Below, one piece after another: positions 35,893 to 50,134 of a stretch of DNA of 64,000 bases (position 1 is the first letter of the stretch; every line of letters starts with the position of its first letter). The notes under the pieces are model-generated. The model saw nothing but the letters and a program-made list of their open reading frames with translations. It was not told where the DNA came from and ran no database searches. A program made the position numbers and the translations under genes. Source of the stretch: Octopus vulgaris (Eukaryota); the NCBI GenBank assembly GCA_951406725.2, contig OX597817.1:25978001-26042000 (forward strand). The letters are read 5' to 3'.

Positions 35893-36410
35893 ATTTCAAA
35901 TTTTGGCACAAGGCCAGCCATTCTGTGGGTGGGTATAAGTCTATCACCTCAACCTCAGCGCTCGATTGGTACTTATTTTATTGACCCTGCAAGGATCAAA
36001 GGTAAAGCATTTCAGTAGAATTTGAACTCAAAATTTAAAGATGAATAAGACACCACTAAGCATTTTGCCTGGCATGCTAACGGTGCTGCCAACTCAACAT
36101 CTTAAATCTTCAGTAAATAAATATTACAAGGCATTTAGTGAGGCTTTCTTTATTTTTCTTTACTCTTTTGAAGCCACTCTAATAATGGCTTCAAATGTTG
36201 GCACAAGGCCAGCAATTACCTATTTCTTTATTACCCACAAGGGGCTAAACATAGAGGGGACAAACAAGGACAGACATAGGTATTAAGTCAATTACATCGA
36301 CCCCAGTGCGGAACTGGTACTTAATTTATCGACCCCGAAAGGATGAAAGGCAAAGTCAACCTTGGTGGAATTAGAACTCACAACGTAACGACAGACGAAA
36401 TACCTATTTC
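35893..36410 (-). mobile_element. Cluster of SINE family E copies and fragments
   Basis: Two family E bodies (35893-36095 and 36188-36410). Confidence 0.7.
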
Positions 36411-36689
36411 TTTCTCTGTCAAATCTGTCTCTGTCAAACTCTCAACTTTGAATAGTTTGAAATATTTTCAAGAGAAAGTTTACGATTCTGGTTGTGGATA
36501 AAGAAGACTGTGGGAACAAATTTGGCAATTTTTGGCAAAATATGTACCCTTTTACCAAAAGTTAGTGAAATATTTAAAATGTTTACAGTTGGATAGATAG
36601 ACAAATATAACAAAATAATTTGATAAAAAATGTGAATTTTTAATTATTTTCTGAGATTTTATAAAAAACAACAAAAATATTTTTTAATT

Positions 36690-36920
36690 TTGCCTGGCAT
36701 GCTAAGGGGCTAAGCACAGAGAGGACAAACAAGAACAGACAAACCGATTAAGTCGATTATATCGACCCCAGTGCGTAACTGGTACTTATTTAATCGACCT
36801 CGAAAGGATGAAAGGCAAAGTCAACCTCGGCGGAATTTGAACTCAGAACGCAACGGCAGACGAAATACCGCTAAGCATTTCATCCGGCATGCTAACGTTT
36901 CTGCAAGCTCGCAGCCAGCA
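36690..36920 (-). mobile_element. SINE family E
   Basis: GAAAGGATGAAAGGCAAAGTCAACCTCGGCGGAATTTGAACTCAGAACG. Confidence 0.85.
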
Positions 36921-36939
36921 ATTACCTTGACACCATTGC

Positions 36940-37240
36940 TCTTCTACTATAGCCTCAAGCTGACCAAAGCCTTGTGAGTTGATTTGGTAGACAGAAACTG
37001 AAAGAAGCCCATCATATATGTGTATATGTATATATATGTGCATGCGTGTGTATATGTTTGTGTGTCTGTGTTTGTGTCCCCAACATCGCTTGACAACCGA
37101 TGCTGGTGTGTTTATATCCCTGTAACTTAGTGGTTCAGCAAAAGACACCAATAGAATAACAACTAGGCTTACAAAAAATAAGTCCTGGGGTTGATTTGTT
37201 TGATTTAAAGGCAGTGCTCCGGCATGGCCACAGTCAAATG
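36940..37240 (+). mobile_element. SINE family A, 5'-truncated
   Basis: Family A body and tail. Confidence 0.85.
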
Positions 37241-38250
37241 CTGGTGTGTTGGGTTCATTTTTAGTATTCTCGTTTGTGAAAGCAGTCGTGTTTATTTCAG
37301 ATATTCTCATTTTATAAAAATCATCTCCAGCTAATCATTGAGAGGATGTTGATGGTGTCTTGATGAAGGTTTGCACTCCCTGAATGCTCTTGTTATTATC
37401 ATCATCATCATCATTATTATTATTATTATAAATTATTATTATTATTATTTCATACGTTGAAACAAAGTCTCAAATTGTGGGGGAATTAGTATTGTTGATT
37501 ATATCGACTCCAGTACTTAACTAGTACTTAATATATTTTTGAAAAGGAATATATATATATATAAGAAGTGGTGACACACTTCATATAGTTCTTAAGATTA
37601 TTAACGAAGTAAATAAAAGAGTTTCTTTTATGGTTAGACGTGAGCTTGTATTAGAAATAGTCACATCACATATATATTTTCCTCTGTCCCAAATTACTAT
37701 TTACTAAAGTATCAAAGCAATCGGTTGGCTTAAGTAGCTAGCTTTGGCATCAAACTCCATGAAAATTGAAGAAATTACTGAAAAATAGTAATTTACAAAA
37801 CAAGAAAGTGATATTGTGTAGGAATGTGTGTATGTGTGTGCACATGCGTGTTTATGTGTGTGTGTGTATGTGTATGTTTGTGTGTGCATGTGTCTAGGCA
37901 CAATGTACATATAGGTGATTCTGCATAAGCTTATATACGTCTAGGGACATATAATAAAACATATAAAAATATTATATATATATGCATATATACGTAATGT
38001 ATATATAAAATATTATATATATATGCATATATATGTAATGCATATATATACATATATATGTATATAGATGTGTGTGTATTTATTATATATTATATATATA
38101 TGCATATACACGTAATGTTTATATATACACCTATATGTATATAGATGTGTGTGTATTTATTATATATTATATATATATGCATATATATGTAATGTATATA
38201 TATATACATCTATATGTATATAGATGTGTGTGTATTTATATTCAGAGTTA

Positions 38251-38288
<38 letters not shown>

Positions 38289-38711
38289 AATACACACAAA
38301 GACATATATACATATATATACATATTATATGCACACATATATGTATATATGTATATATATTTATACAGTCATCCTTTTAAAGTTTGTTTTTATGTATAGT
38401 AAACATGCACTGAATATAGGACTCAATGCTGACTATAGAGTCAAAATAACATATATCAATAGTGACTGTTTACTTCAAAGTTTTGCTGCTATTACTTCAA
38501 AGTAAACAAACACTACTGATAGTAAACAATGCACACACATACATATTTATATACACATATGCATACATATTTATCTAAGCATAAGTACTTATATTAGTTA
38601 GATATCTATGTGTATTGAGGGAATAAGAAAGAGAGACGATAAGCAAGAGAGAGTAAGAGAGAGAGAGAGGAAAAGAAAGAGAGAAAGCAAGAGAGAAAGG
38701 GAGTGAAAGAA

Positions 38712-38757
<46 letters not shown>

Positions 38758-39546
38758 ATATAATATGAATTTATGACTTTAGAATTTTCTATATACCAAT
38801 AAAATATTACAAAATGATATTTAGTATGATAGATATACAAAAAAGAATACAGAAAAACTTAAATCCACCAGAACACATACACATACCCTATAGACACACA
38901 CACACACTCACACACACACAAAGAGATGAACATATCCATCAATGTATCTTGTTTAAATCTAAAAGTAGATTGACTGTGGATAAGAGATAAACATCACAAA
39001 GTGAAATAGTTCAATTTCAATAGAATTTTACTAGTATTTATCAAATTAGTAATACTTTCATATTCCTTGAGGGATAATTTACTAAAATTGACTTATCATG
39101 TAATCTTTTATACATTACATAAATATTCTATTCTATAAACCATTCTTATAATTTTTTTCTTTCATTATTAGTATTTTTTTGTGGTGGGGTGGTGAAGCTT
39201 CTCTTCTTTTTACATTTTTTTGTTATATTGAAATCATATAACATGAAATGTTTACAAGCATTTGATGGCCTTTTTGTTAAATTGAATTATGAGCTAAGTA
39301 GTGAAAGCACTGGAGTATTGACTACAAAGTTATGAGTTCAAAATTGGCTGCTTTCTACACCTATCACACAACAGCCATAGCATGTAAATTTTTTTATGCT
39401 TCTGTTGATGTCTCGGAGCGGAAGATTGCTCAGGAATGCCTTCTGTAAGAAGAACAAATAGTTAAAATGGTAGTTAACATATTTAATCTAGTGAAATCAA
39501 TATTTTTTAACTAATTAAATTTACACCCATACTGATGAGGAATATA

Positions 39547-40060
39547 TGGCTGTGTGGTGAGATGTTTGCTTCCCAATCATGTGGTTGCAGGTTCAATCCC
39601 ACTGAATGGCATCTTGGGCAAGTGTCTTCAAATATAGCCCCAGGCCAACTAAATCTTTATGAGTGGACTTGGCAGACGGAAGCTGAAAGAAATCTATGAT
39701 AAATAAATAAATAAATAAATAAATGTATGTATGTATGTATGTATGTATGTATGTATGTATGTATGTATGTATGTATGTATGTATGTATGTATGTATGTAT
39801 GTATGTATGTATGTATGTATGTGAGTGTGTATGTGCATGCATGCATATGTGCAAGCAAGTATGTGTGTGTCTTTGTGTTTATTCACCACCATCATTTGGC
39901 AACTGGTGTTGGTTTCTCTGCATCCTATAACTTGGTGGTATGGCAAAACAGTACCAATCTTAATAGCATAAGCACTAGGTTGATTCATTCAACTAAAATT
40001 TCTTGAACAAGGTGCTCCAGCATGGCTACAGTCTGATTACTGAAGCAAATAAAAGATAAA
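39547..40060 (+). mobile_element. SINE family A, degenerate, with expanded (ATAA)n(ATGT)n interior
   Basis: Head, body and tail recognisable. Confidence 0.75.
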
Positions 40061-40497
40061 CAATTGAAAAGAAAGAGAAAGGTGTTAACTACAATAATTA
40101 AATTAACTAAAGATTCCATAGGGTATAGGTTGTTACTGGGTAATTAACAATCTCTTTGCTTCAGTTCTTTGACTGTTGCACATGTTTTAATTTTACATAG
40201 TGGCATAAATAAAGGTGTCATCCAGAGTCATCCAGCTTTAACATTATGGTAAAAAGTTACATTGCTATTTAGCCCCAGGTCAATACAGATAAAGCAGGTA
40301 TATCAAATGTGTTTTAGCAGTAAACATCTGATCTTTTAGATCATCAGAGACTATATTACCAGTTGCATCCTTCTTTATTTATGACTCTAAAGTAAACATT
40401 TGAAGAGATTCAGCTGCTATTTTGAGTGGGCCAAGCAACATTGTAGCTATTTTATTATTAGCTTCTATGATTATAATATATGAAATTCTTTTTCTAA

Positions 40498-40897
40498 CAC
40501 AGGAGTGGCTGTGTGGTAAGTAGCTTGCTTACCAGCCACATGATTCCGGGTTCAGTCCCGCTGCATGGCACCTTGGGCAAGTATCTTCTACTATAGCCTC
40601 GGGCCAACCAAAGCCCTGTGAGTGGATTTTGGTAGATGGAAACCGAAAGAAGCCTGTCGTACATATGTATATATATATATGTATGTGTGTGTTTATATGT
40701 TAGTGTTTGTTACCACAAACATCGCTTGACAACCAATGGTGGTGTGTTTACGTCCCCGTAACATAGTGGTTCAGCAAAAGAGACCAATAGAATAAGTACT
40801 AGGCTTACAAAGAATAAGTCCTGGGGTCGATTTGCTCGACTAAAGGCGGTGCTCCAGCATGGCCACAGTCAAATGACTGAAACAAGTAAAAGAGTAA
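40498..40897 (+). mobile_element. SINE family A, full length
   Basis: All family A blocks present. Confidence 0.9.
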
Positions 40898-41270
40898 TAC
40901 TCTCTGAGTCACTCTCAATTTGGCAATACTTAAAAATTGATAAGCTAAACTATTTTTTTAAATTCTTTTATTACTTCTCCTCTTTAATCAGAGTATGTTT
41001 TACTTGAATGAACAAATTATATGGGATATAGCTAATTAATTAATTATTTCTGAAAGATGCTAATCCATCTTTTCTCTATTAAAAATTGGTAAGATAGTAT
41101 AAAAAATTATTTTGAGCAGGTTTAATTACAAATATATTAAAGGACCTACTTTGGTATAAATATTCAATTTGAATCAGAGAGGGTGTTTCACTGTTAACTG
41201 TAAAATTAGACTTACACACACTTATGTGTGTGCATATCTATGTATACATATATGTAGGTATGTATATTAT

Positions 41271-41500
41271 GTTAGTTAGTTAGTTAGTTACTTTTTTGGC
41301 TCAAAAAGCAAAAGGCAAGGCCATGTAGGGGGACATGGAGTTATGTACAGGGTGGTGTTCATGTAAAGAGTTCAGGCCACTTGAGGTCAAGGGAGACTTT
41401 GAACAAAGCGGTCGTCGGCATCTTCACCATCTCGTCTGGCAGTTTGTTCCACGGATCCGCAACCCGGACGGAGAAAGCCCCTCTCCTTCGATTGAGATGA
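41271..41500 (-). mobile_element. CR1 LINE 3' end with (TAAC)n tail
   Basis: HLNRRRGAFSVRVADPWNKLPDEMV..FKVSLDLKWPELFT*. Confidence 0.8.
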
Positions 41501-42022
41501 CATCAATACATAAGTATGTATGTATGTAGACATATAGATATGTATAAATTGTGGAAGGATCATGACGACCACGTGACAAAAAGTGGACTGATGCATTTTA
41601 ATAAAATAAAGAAACATTGAGAACTGTTGGCAGTTGACAGTCAGTAGTTGGCAGTGGTAGTTGACAGCATTGATCATTCATATTGGATTACTGAGGTATG
41701 CATGTATCTCACCATGCATACCTCAGAGCTTAGTGAAATACGAAGATTACTCTGTTCGTGTAGTCTCACCACTGATCCTCAATAATCCAAGTTTAACACT
41801 GATCAGGACTCAAATTCTTTAGAACCACAAACTACAGTTTCTATTCCTTCAAAATAATCTGGTTTAGTCGTCTTCTCCAGGCCATCAGTGAGTGCACTAA
41901 TGACAGTAATGAACTAGTCAGTTGTGAACACCATCCAGCAGGATGTTGCAAACTCACCAGTCATGTTGGTGATAGAGATAAGCTGCTTGTACAAAGGGCA
42001 AAGATGTGACTGACATGGGTTG

Positions 42023-42434
42023 CTCTTTTACTCTTTTACTTGTTTCAGTCATTTGACTGTGGCCATGCTGGAGCACCGCCTTTAGTTGAGCAAATCGACC
42101 CCAGGACTTATTCTTTGGAAGCCCAGTACTTATTCTATTGGCCTCTTTTGCTGAACCACTAAGTTACGGGGATGTAAACACACCACCATCGGTTGTCAAG
42201 TAATGTTGTGGGGGACAAACACAGACACACAAACATATACGCACACATACATATATATACATATACATAAATACGACGGGCTTCTTTCAGTTTCTGTCTA
42301 CCAAATCCACTCACAAGGCTTTGATCGGTCCGAGACTATAGTAGAACACACTTGCCCAAGGTGCCATGCAGTAGGACTGAACCTGGAACCATGTGATTCG
42401 TAAGCAAGCTACTTACCACACAGCCACTCCTGCG
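42023..42434 (-). mobile_element. SINE family A, full length
   Basis: All family A blocks present. Confidence 0.9.
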
Positions 42435-42751
42435 ATCTGAGCCTACCAGTGATTCCTTTTTTAGAGAGCTAATCTCTGGAAAAAATCCACTGGAGCTCTT
42501 CTTCATGCAAAGAGATCCAACAATTTCCTAATGTTTTCAGGCTAACAACAGACTCACTGTTAGGATTGTTGCAGTATCACAGCATCTGCAGCAATGGAAC
42601 ATTACCACCACTTCCTTAAGTATACTACATGAAAAGCGTTGTATAGGGGAAAGAAGTCCTGGAAATTCTGGTTGTCTGTGAGGCAGCCGTATTCAATTGT
42701 AGCAGAGCATATGAATGTTTGAAATTGAAGAACAAGTAACAGTACTGATAA

Positions 42752-43024
42752 CGGGAAGCTTTATGAAAATAGACAAAAGACGAAGGCAGGTTTACGGAAA
42801 TAAACAAAAGACGAAGGCAGGTGGAATACAAACAAATAATTGTATTAGTATGGTGCTCAGGAAATATAAATAAAACAAGTCTTTAACGTTTCGAGCCTAC
42901 GCTCTTCAACAGAAAGATACACAGAGAAAAAAAAACACAGAAAGAAGGAGAGAAAAAAATGAGAGAAAAAAATAGGAGAGAAAAAAAAGGAGAGAAAAAA
43001 TATGCATGCAGAGGCTAGCGAATC
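42752..43024 (-). mobile_element. 273-bp hammerhead-bearing insertion (Penelope-like) with 14-bp TSD
   Basis: AACAGTACTGATAA at 42738-42751 and 43025-43038; internal hammerhead-like motif. Confidence 0.7.
42882..42915 (-). ncRNA. Minimal hammerhead-like motif (A6U deviation)
   Basis: ttt CTGTTGA a GAGC-gtag-GCTC GAAA cg tt aaa. Confidence 0.5.
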
Positions 43025-43134
43025 AACAGTACTGATAAATTACTAAGCACCAAATATGCTTGAATTCTCGGCTATGATTTTCCTAATTAACAATACCATT
43101 CCACGGATGCCTCTGTCAATCTCCTATATATTTC

Positions 43135-43367
43135 TGTCTTTTATCTTTTACTTGTTTCAGTCATTAGATTAAGCCATGCTGGAGCACTACTTTGAAAACT
43201 TTTTTAGCTTGATGAATCGACGCCAGGAATTATGTTTTAAGCCTAGCACTTATTCTATTGGTTCCTTTTGCTGAACTGATAAGTTATGGGGATATAAACA
43301 CAAGCAGTAGTGGGGACAACACAGACCCCCCCCACACACACACACACGTGCGCATGTATGCACACGA

Positions 43368-43410
<43 letters not shown>

Positions 43411-43567
43411 GCTTCTTTGAGTTTCTGTCTACCAAATCCAGTTGTCACAATGCTTTGTTTGGCCTGAGGCTATAGTAGAAGATGCCTGCTCAAGGTGCCT
43501 TGCAGTGGGACTGAACCTAGAACCATGTAGCTAGGAGGCAAGATTCTTACCACACAGCCACTCCTGC
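43135..43567 (-). mobile_element. SINE family A, degenerate
   Basis: Head, body and tail recognisable. Confidence 0.8.
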
Positions 43568-44429
43568 ATTCTACACAGGTATTTTTTATCAATATCCTAT
43601 TTTAAAAAAAGGGAAAACAGGATATCAGTGGTGATGAGCATGCTTTTCTATAAATTAGTATAAAAAGGTTACTAATGAGAAGTCAAGTGGTAACAGTCAG
43701 GTATATATAGTCTGTTTGTAGTTTACTTGTGAATAATTGATCATCTATATTTATGACCTGACCTAGCTTAACGTACACAATAACAACACCAAGAATAATC
43801 AATAGTGTAGTAAACTAATTCTGATATTCAAAAGTCTTTGGAAGAGATTTTGAGAGAAAGAATATTCAAAGAATGAATAAATTAATAATGAATTATCTTT
43901 CTTCATTTCTTTATTTAGTGTTTTAGATTTAAATTTAATTAATTTTAACCAATGCTAATTTATAATTATTTTCGATTCAGATGTTATTAGCATGATAAAA
44001 AGAAAATGTTAATTTTAATACCTTTTTAAAATTCTTCTGAAAAATTTTCATAAATTTCATATAATTCCTAATAATTTCATTATTCCCTTTCAAAAAGTAT
44101 TACCTGTCAATGAAATCATTTAGATTGTGTAAAAGTTTTAATTCTATTTCTGAACAATGTTTATTTTTAAATTTGTGTTATTTTCTTATTCTTGTTTTCT
44201 ATTTTTCTTTGCTTCTTTATTTACTGTTTCTCTTTATAATCTTACCTTTATCTGAAATGCAATTGAATATTTTAAATGATAATATGACTTTCTGGAATTT
44301 TCTTCAGTATCAATATATGAACAGATATGTTAGGAGTAAAGATTTACATTATATAGCTGAAGCATATATATAATATATTTTATATATATATATATTGGAA
44401 GGTTTGGAGATGATGTACAGGTATTTTAT

Positions 44430-44745
44430 GGCACTCCGTTGGTTATGATGCCAAGGGCCCAGTTGATTCAATCACCAGAACAGCCTGCTCAGGAAATTAA
44501 CATGGTGCAGCTGGCTGAGCACTCCACAGACATGTGTACCCTTAATGTAGTTCTCAGGGAGATTCAGCATGATACAGAATGTGACAAGGCTGAAATACAA
44601 GTACTACTCATTTTTGATAGCTGAGTGTATTGGAGCAACATGAAATAAAGTGTCTTGCTCAAGGACAAAATGAGTTGCTGTGGATTGAACTCACAATCTT
44701 ACGATTGTGAGCTGAATGCCCTAACCACTAAGCCACGCACCTTCA
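44430..44745 (-). mobile_element. tRNA-headed SINE related to family D, with a different 3' half
   Basis: TGGCTTAGTGGTTAGG head and CTTGAGCAAGACACTTTATTTCA block; 3' half also present at 56530-56625. Confidence 0.7.
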
Positions 44746-44749
44746 CATA

Positions 44750-44792
<43 letters not shown>

Positions 44793-45559
44793 TGAATGAA
44801 CAATGACAAAATTATAACCAAATCATGGAAGCATATGGTTTATACCCTTAGACTGATCTTCATGGGTTTATTTGAGAGTATTTCTGTCTTAAGGTTTAGT
44901 ACTTAAAATGTATAACCAACATTCAAAAGATGATATAGAATCATTGTGGTAGATAAGGCCAAGTGAATTCTTAGCTAATTATTTCAGATACATCAATAGC
45001 AAATTCTTGACAGGATAGATGGCTATACTTGATTTACAAAGATGCCCTGTTTCACATCTTTCTAACTATGATATGCATGTTTCAGGTATAAAACTCATTG
45101 AGGACAAACAAACCAACAGAGAAAGTGACTTTATTTATTCATTTATCTATTACAAAATTGTATTTATTCAGAGCAAAATTTGCTTGATCAGCGAGAGACA
45201 GAAGTCAAATCTTTGTTAAATGATGTATTGCCATCTAAAAACAGGATGGATACCTTAAATACACTGACTGAAAATAAACTGGGATCATGATGGCTGGAAT
45301 GCCCTTGATTCTGCACTAAAAGAAATGAAGTGAGGGCTACAAAACAACCACTCATTATATACAACTTGGAAATTGTCGACTGGTTCTTTAACACTTATTA
45401 ATATATATATAAGCCCAAGAAACATATAAACTATTTTACTTAGTACTAACAATAAAAGAAAAGCCTCAGGCACCAATGATTATATATTGTCAAAACCTAC
45501 TCGATATTAAGACTTTAAAGAATAAATTTCATATGATTCTAAACTGCACAAATTACATA

Positions 45560-46055
45560 TCATCATCATCATAATCATCATCGTCGTCGTTTAACGTCCA
45601 CTTTCCATGCTAGCATGGGTTGGACTATTTGACAGAGGACTGGTGACTCAGATGGCTGCACCAGGTTCCATTCTGATCTGGCAGAGTTTCTACAGCTGGA
45701 TGCTCTTTCTAATGCCAACCACTCTGAGAGTGTAGTGGGTGCTTTTACATGCCACCGGCACAAGGGCCTGTCAGGCGGTGCTGGAAACGGCCATGCTCAA
45801 ATGGTGCTTTTTATGTGCCACCTGCACAGGAGCCATTCCAGCAGCACTGGCAATGACTTTGTTCAAATGTTTTTTCACATGCCATCAGCACAATTGCCAG
45901 TAAGGCAACACGGGTAACAATCACACTCGAATGGTGCTTTTTGTGTGCCACCGGCGTGGAAGCCAGTTTGTTGCCCTGGCCACTATTATGCTTGGATGGT
46001 GCCCTTAGCACTCCACTAGCATGGATGCCAGTCATCGAATTTGATTTCGATTTCG
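45560..46055 (-). mobile_element. RTE LINE 3'-end copy (family B)
   Basis: (CAT)n tail, conserved block, about 5 units. Confidence 0.85.
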
Positions 46056-46834
46056 ATATTAATCCATTACTTTAAATTTCATAGTAACAAGAGAAGTCAA
46101 GAAATGGATTTAATTCAAGAAAATATTTCCAACCAAATAAAATCCTTAATAAATGCTTTAATTAGCATGGTACTTAAAGCTACAGAATAGGTATCATATA
46201 ATCTATGCATATACATTCAATGCTCTTCTTAGTGAAACTACTTAGAAATTATAACATGATTACATAACCATGTATATATAAAGGAAATTCATTTTTGCTT
46301 TGTTATTGAAACAGCATTAAAGAAGTTATTATGTAATGTAGTTGCTGGAAGTAAGTAGGAGGAAGCTATATATATATCTTTCAAGTGTATATGAAACCAT
46401 AAATATAAATCACAGAATGGTTACAATGCTCTGTACTGTTAATTAAACCTTAAGAAAATGTATGCACAAGGGCATACATGTGTGTGTATTACAAAGTAAG
46501 GCTTGTCAAATCGTATGTCTTACTTTCATGTTACTGAATATTTAAATGATTGAAGTAAGAGAAGAATTATTAGAATATATAAGCGCAAATTTTACAAACA
46601 CATTGAAATAACATGAATCAACAACACATCAACATTTGATTGACTGCTAAGACCCTTTTTCCTGAACATTTCTGCTGAAATACATTGTCTGTGTTTTATT
46701 AGGAAGCTTTGAATGTAATGAAGAATTTAGTAAAATAACTGTAATTATTAATCTGGAGTTTGGAATGCAAATTAACATAAAATATGGGTGAATGGGAAGT
46801 TTTAATTAAGATCACTATAAAGTAAAGACTTTTA

Positions 46835-47000
46835 ACATTTTCTCACGCTGAGAGTTGCTGAAGCATGGAACAAACTGCCGGCATCAGTTGTTAGTTGTCG
46901 GAGCACTGCATCCTTCAAAACCTCCATGCTTTCTGAGATTCGCCAACACAAGTTGTGGTGCGCCTGAGCACTGTATACAATAATTTCATTATTATTATTA
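46835..47000 (+). mobile_element. CR1 LINE 3' fragment
   Basis: HFLTLRVAEAWNKLPASVVSCRSTASFK with a short (ATT)n tail. Confidence 0.7.
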
Positions 47001-47076
47001 TATTATGGAACCGAAGGTGTTTTCAGGTGGATTGGCATTAAAAGGAATGCATCACACATACATCTTTTAAATTCTC

Positions 47077-47296
47077 GGCAGAATCGTTAGCACGTCGGGT
47101 GAAATGCTTAGCAGTATTTCGGCTGCCGTTACGTTCTGAGTTCAAATTCTGCCGAGGTCGACTTTGCCTTTCATCCTTTCGGTGGGTCGATAAATTAAGT
47201 ACCAGTTATGCACTAGGGTCGATATAACTGACTTAAGCCCTTTGTCTGTCTTTGTTTGTCCCCTCTATGTTTAGCCCCCTGTGGACAATAAAGAAA
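47077..47296 (+). mobile_element. SINE family E
   Basis: GAGTTCAAATTCTGCCGAGGTCGACTTTGCCTTTCATCCTTTCGG..GTCGATAAATTAAGTACCAG. Confidence 0.85.
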
Positions 47297-50051
47297 TTAA
47301 AAAAAATTATCATGTGTAAACATGCTATTTTCATACATTTACAAGAAAATATCTATGATGTCTTCATATCTTCACTACAATGGATATAAAATGCACACAA
47401 AAAAATAGCTTTTCTATTAGCGAAGACTGTTGATGAATAAATGGCTCGAAAATATGGTTGTATAAGTTTAAAACATTCATGTATCCATCAACACTTGACT
47501 TAACCGATACTTTCTTTTTTTGTAGATATTTTATGTACATGATAATGGAAACATTTAAGCATCACATATTTTTGTTCATAAATATATGAAAATATTACCT
47601 GTTCGGCAAATGACATTGGAATAGATGAAATTGCATAATATTTTAAAATAGTTTTGGCATCCACTCCAGTCTTGATGTATTATTAACTATTTTTATTTCG
47701 TTGAGTAGCAGATATTTTTAATGATATATTGCAATGTGGCTTCTTTGCTTCAATCACTTGAATGTGAAATTTAAAGTTGTAATTCAATGTGAAATTTGGA
47801 GTTGTAATTCAAGAAACTTTAGCTTTTAATGATATATATGTATATTCCATTTTATATATTAAGTATATTTTATCCTTTTAGGCACAAACTTTAACAAATT
47901 CTTAAATACTGTCCACAGACTGAATAATGAGATTTGATATTGGAAGAGCTACCTTAGGAATTTTCTGGAAAGAATATTCTAACACCATCCAAAAAAAAAA
48001 AAAAAGCTCATTAAATGTTTATGTAACAAAGTCCAGGATAATGAGATGGGAGATATCTCCTTGCTACAGTAAATACAGATATCACTGAGGAAAATAAGTT
48101 TGCTTTAAAATATTATAAATGCCTCAACAGAACAAAGTAATAAAACTAAGTAAGTGTAATTTAAACTTATCTGCAGGAAAAGTTTGAAAGATATTTATAA
48201 TTACATGCATATTACATATATCTTAATATATAAAACTGATATATGTTTAAAGTAGCAGGCATTAGTTGTCTCTTGGGTAGCTGAAAATTTCATAGGGAAA
48301 CACGTTACCAAAACATGTGATAGTACGATATGTGACTTTTTTTGCTACAACCTAAAATCCATTGTTTACACACTCATGAGAATAGCACGTTTTCACATAC
48401 AAATTTGATAGATGTTTGTGTGATGCATTTCTTTTAATATCAATCCACCTGAAAACACACTTGGTCCCATAATAAAAGCCCTTACACACAGACATACGTG
48501 TGCATGATATACAAAAGAGAGGGAGAGAGATTTTGAGTTTAGTTAGCATAAACCCAGTGAGGCCACAGTTTTAAATAGGGCTGGTTATCACTTGATGTTG
48601 TTTAATGTTCATCCTTTTTATCCAGTTTGACTTACAATATGGAACCAATACTTCGATAATAGCTAGTAGTTTTACTCAACTAGTTCTTTATTCAGAACAC
48701 CAGTGTTGCATGCATTTGGTTTGAGTACATGCTGCTGACAAAGTCCAACAAAGCAGAAACACACATCTAGCTTTCTCACTAGCCACTATTGGATGATTTT
48801 AATCAGTTACTGATATAGTTTTGTGATTTTTCAATGCAGCACATACATAAGAAATATTTTATCCAGGCAAATACCACAGTAAATTTGCTTTTTCACAATG
48901 TATTTACATTAAGTCTGTTGCACATATATATACCCATGTACATGTGTATCAAAATATGAGAAATTTTCATATTTAGCCACATATCTTACGTATGTTTCAT
49001 TACCAAGAAAATTTCATAATCAAAATGAGTTGTCAAATCTTCAGAGATATGTATCTTTTAGACACAACATTAGTGGATTGTTGACAAAAGAAGGATCATA
49101 GAAGATATTGACTAATATCAATAAAGCTATTGATTAATACTTTTGTGTGAAATGTATATAAGAAAGTGTAATTAAAAAACTTATGTACAACCTCTTATGT
49201 TCTGTTTCGTTTTTTACATGTACTCTTTGATACAGCCAAGTAAAATAACACAAATACATTAACATGAGCAAGAATATAAATGGAGTTCTAAATACTGCCT
49301 ATTTGTTGTGTAATTCAAGTTTATATGTGTATTGCATATATGAATATAAGCATATATGTGTGTGTGTGTGTTTGTATACATACATATACGAATATGCATT
49401 TATGTACACACACACATATATGCACGCACACATACATGTATATACATACGCACTTAAACTTATTTAGCATATTGTAAATTATTTATAGATAGATATTTAT
49501 GCACAAATATAGATTACTGGTATTGTTTTTCTTTACATTCAGTCATCAAACTCGTACAAAACAGATACTCACACACACACACACACGTATAAGAGGAGAG
49601 TGCATGACTGAAACAGACAATCAGGCAGATAGATATAGGGACAGAGAGATAAATAGACAGATAATAAATATTAGATTCATCATTAAGAAAAACGCAAAAA
49701 AAAAAAAGTTTCTGTAATGAATCTATGAATGAATTCACATTGAGTAATTACATGACGAACTACATGCTTAGAAATGAATTATGGGATTGCAATACATTTG
49801 CAAAATAAGGCATTCTTATGGATGTTAACATTCATAATTTATGTAAAGCAAAATAAAAAGAACAGCAGCTTTTCATAATATTTTCGTTTAATGATGCCGA
49901 AAAGAAAAAAGAAACGGATATTTTTTTCCCTGTCTTTCTTGCTGGAAACATTTATTAGCAATGTAATTGGTATGTTAACATATATAGTAAATCAAGATGT
50001 CAGAGAAATATTACAAATGAATTAACCATTGCTCTCTCTCTATATATATCT

Positions 50052-50094
<43 letters not shown>

Positions 50095-50134
50095 CCTCTC
50101 CCTGTCTCTCTCTCAGTATATATATATATATATA

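Noticed and set aside
35181-35921. 246-aa hydrophobic Val/Leu ORF
   Set aside because: Antisense reading of the 162-bp minisatellite.
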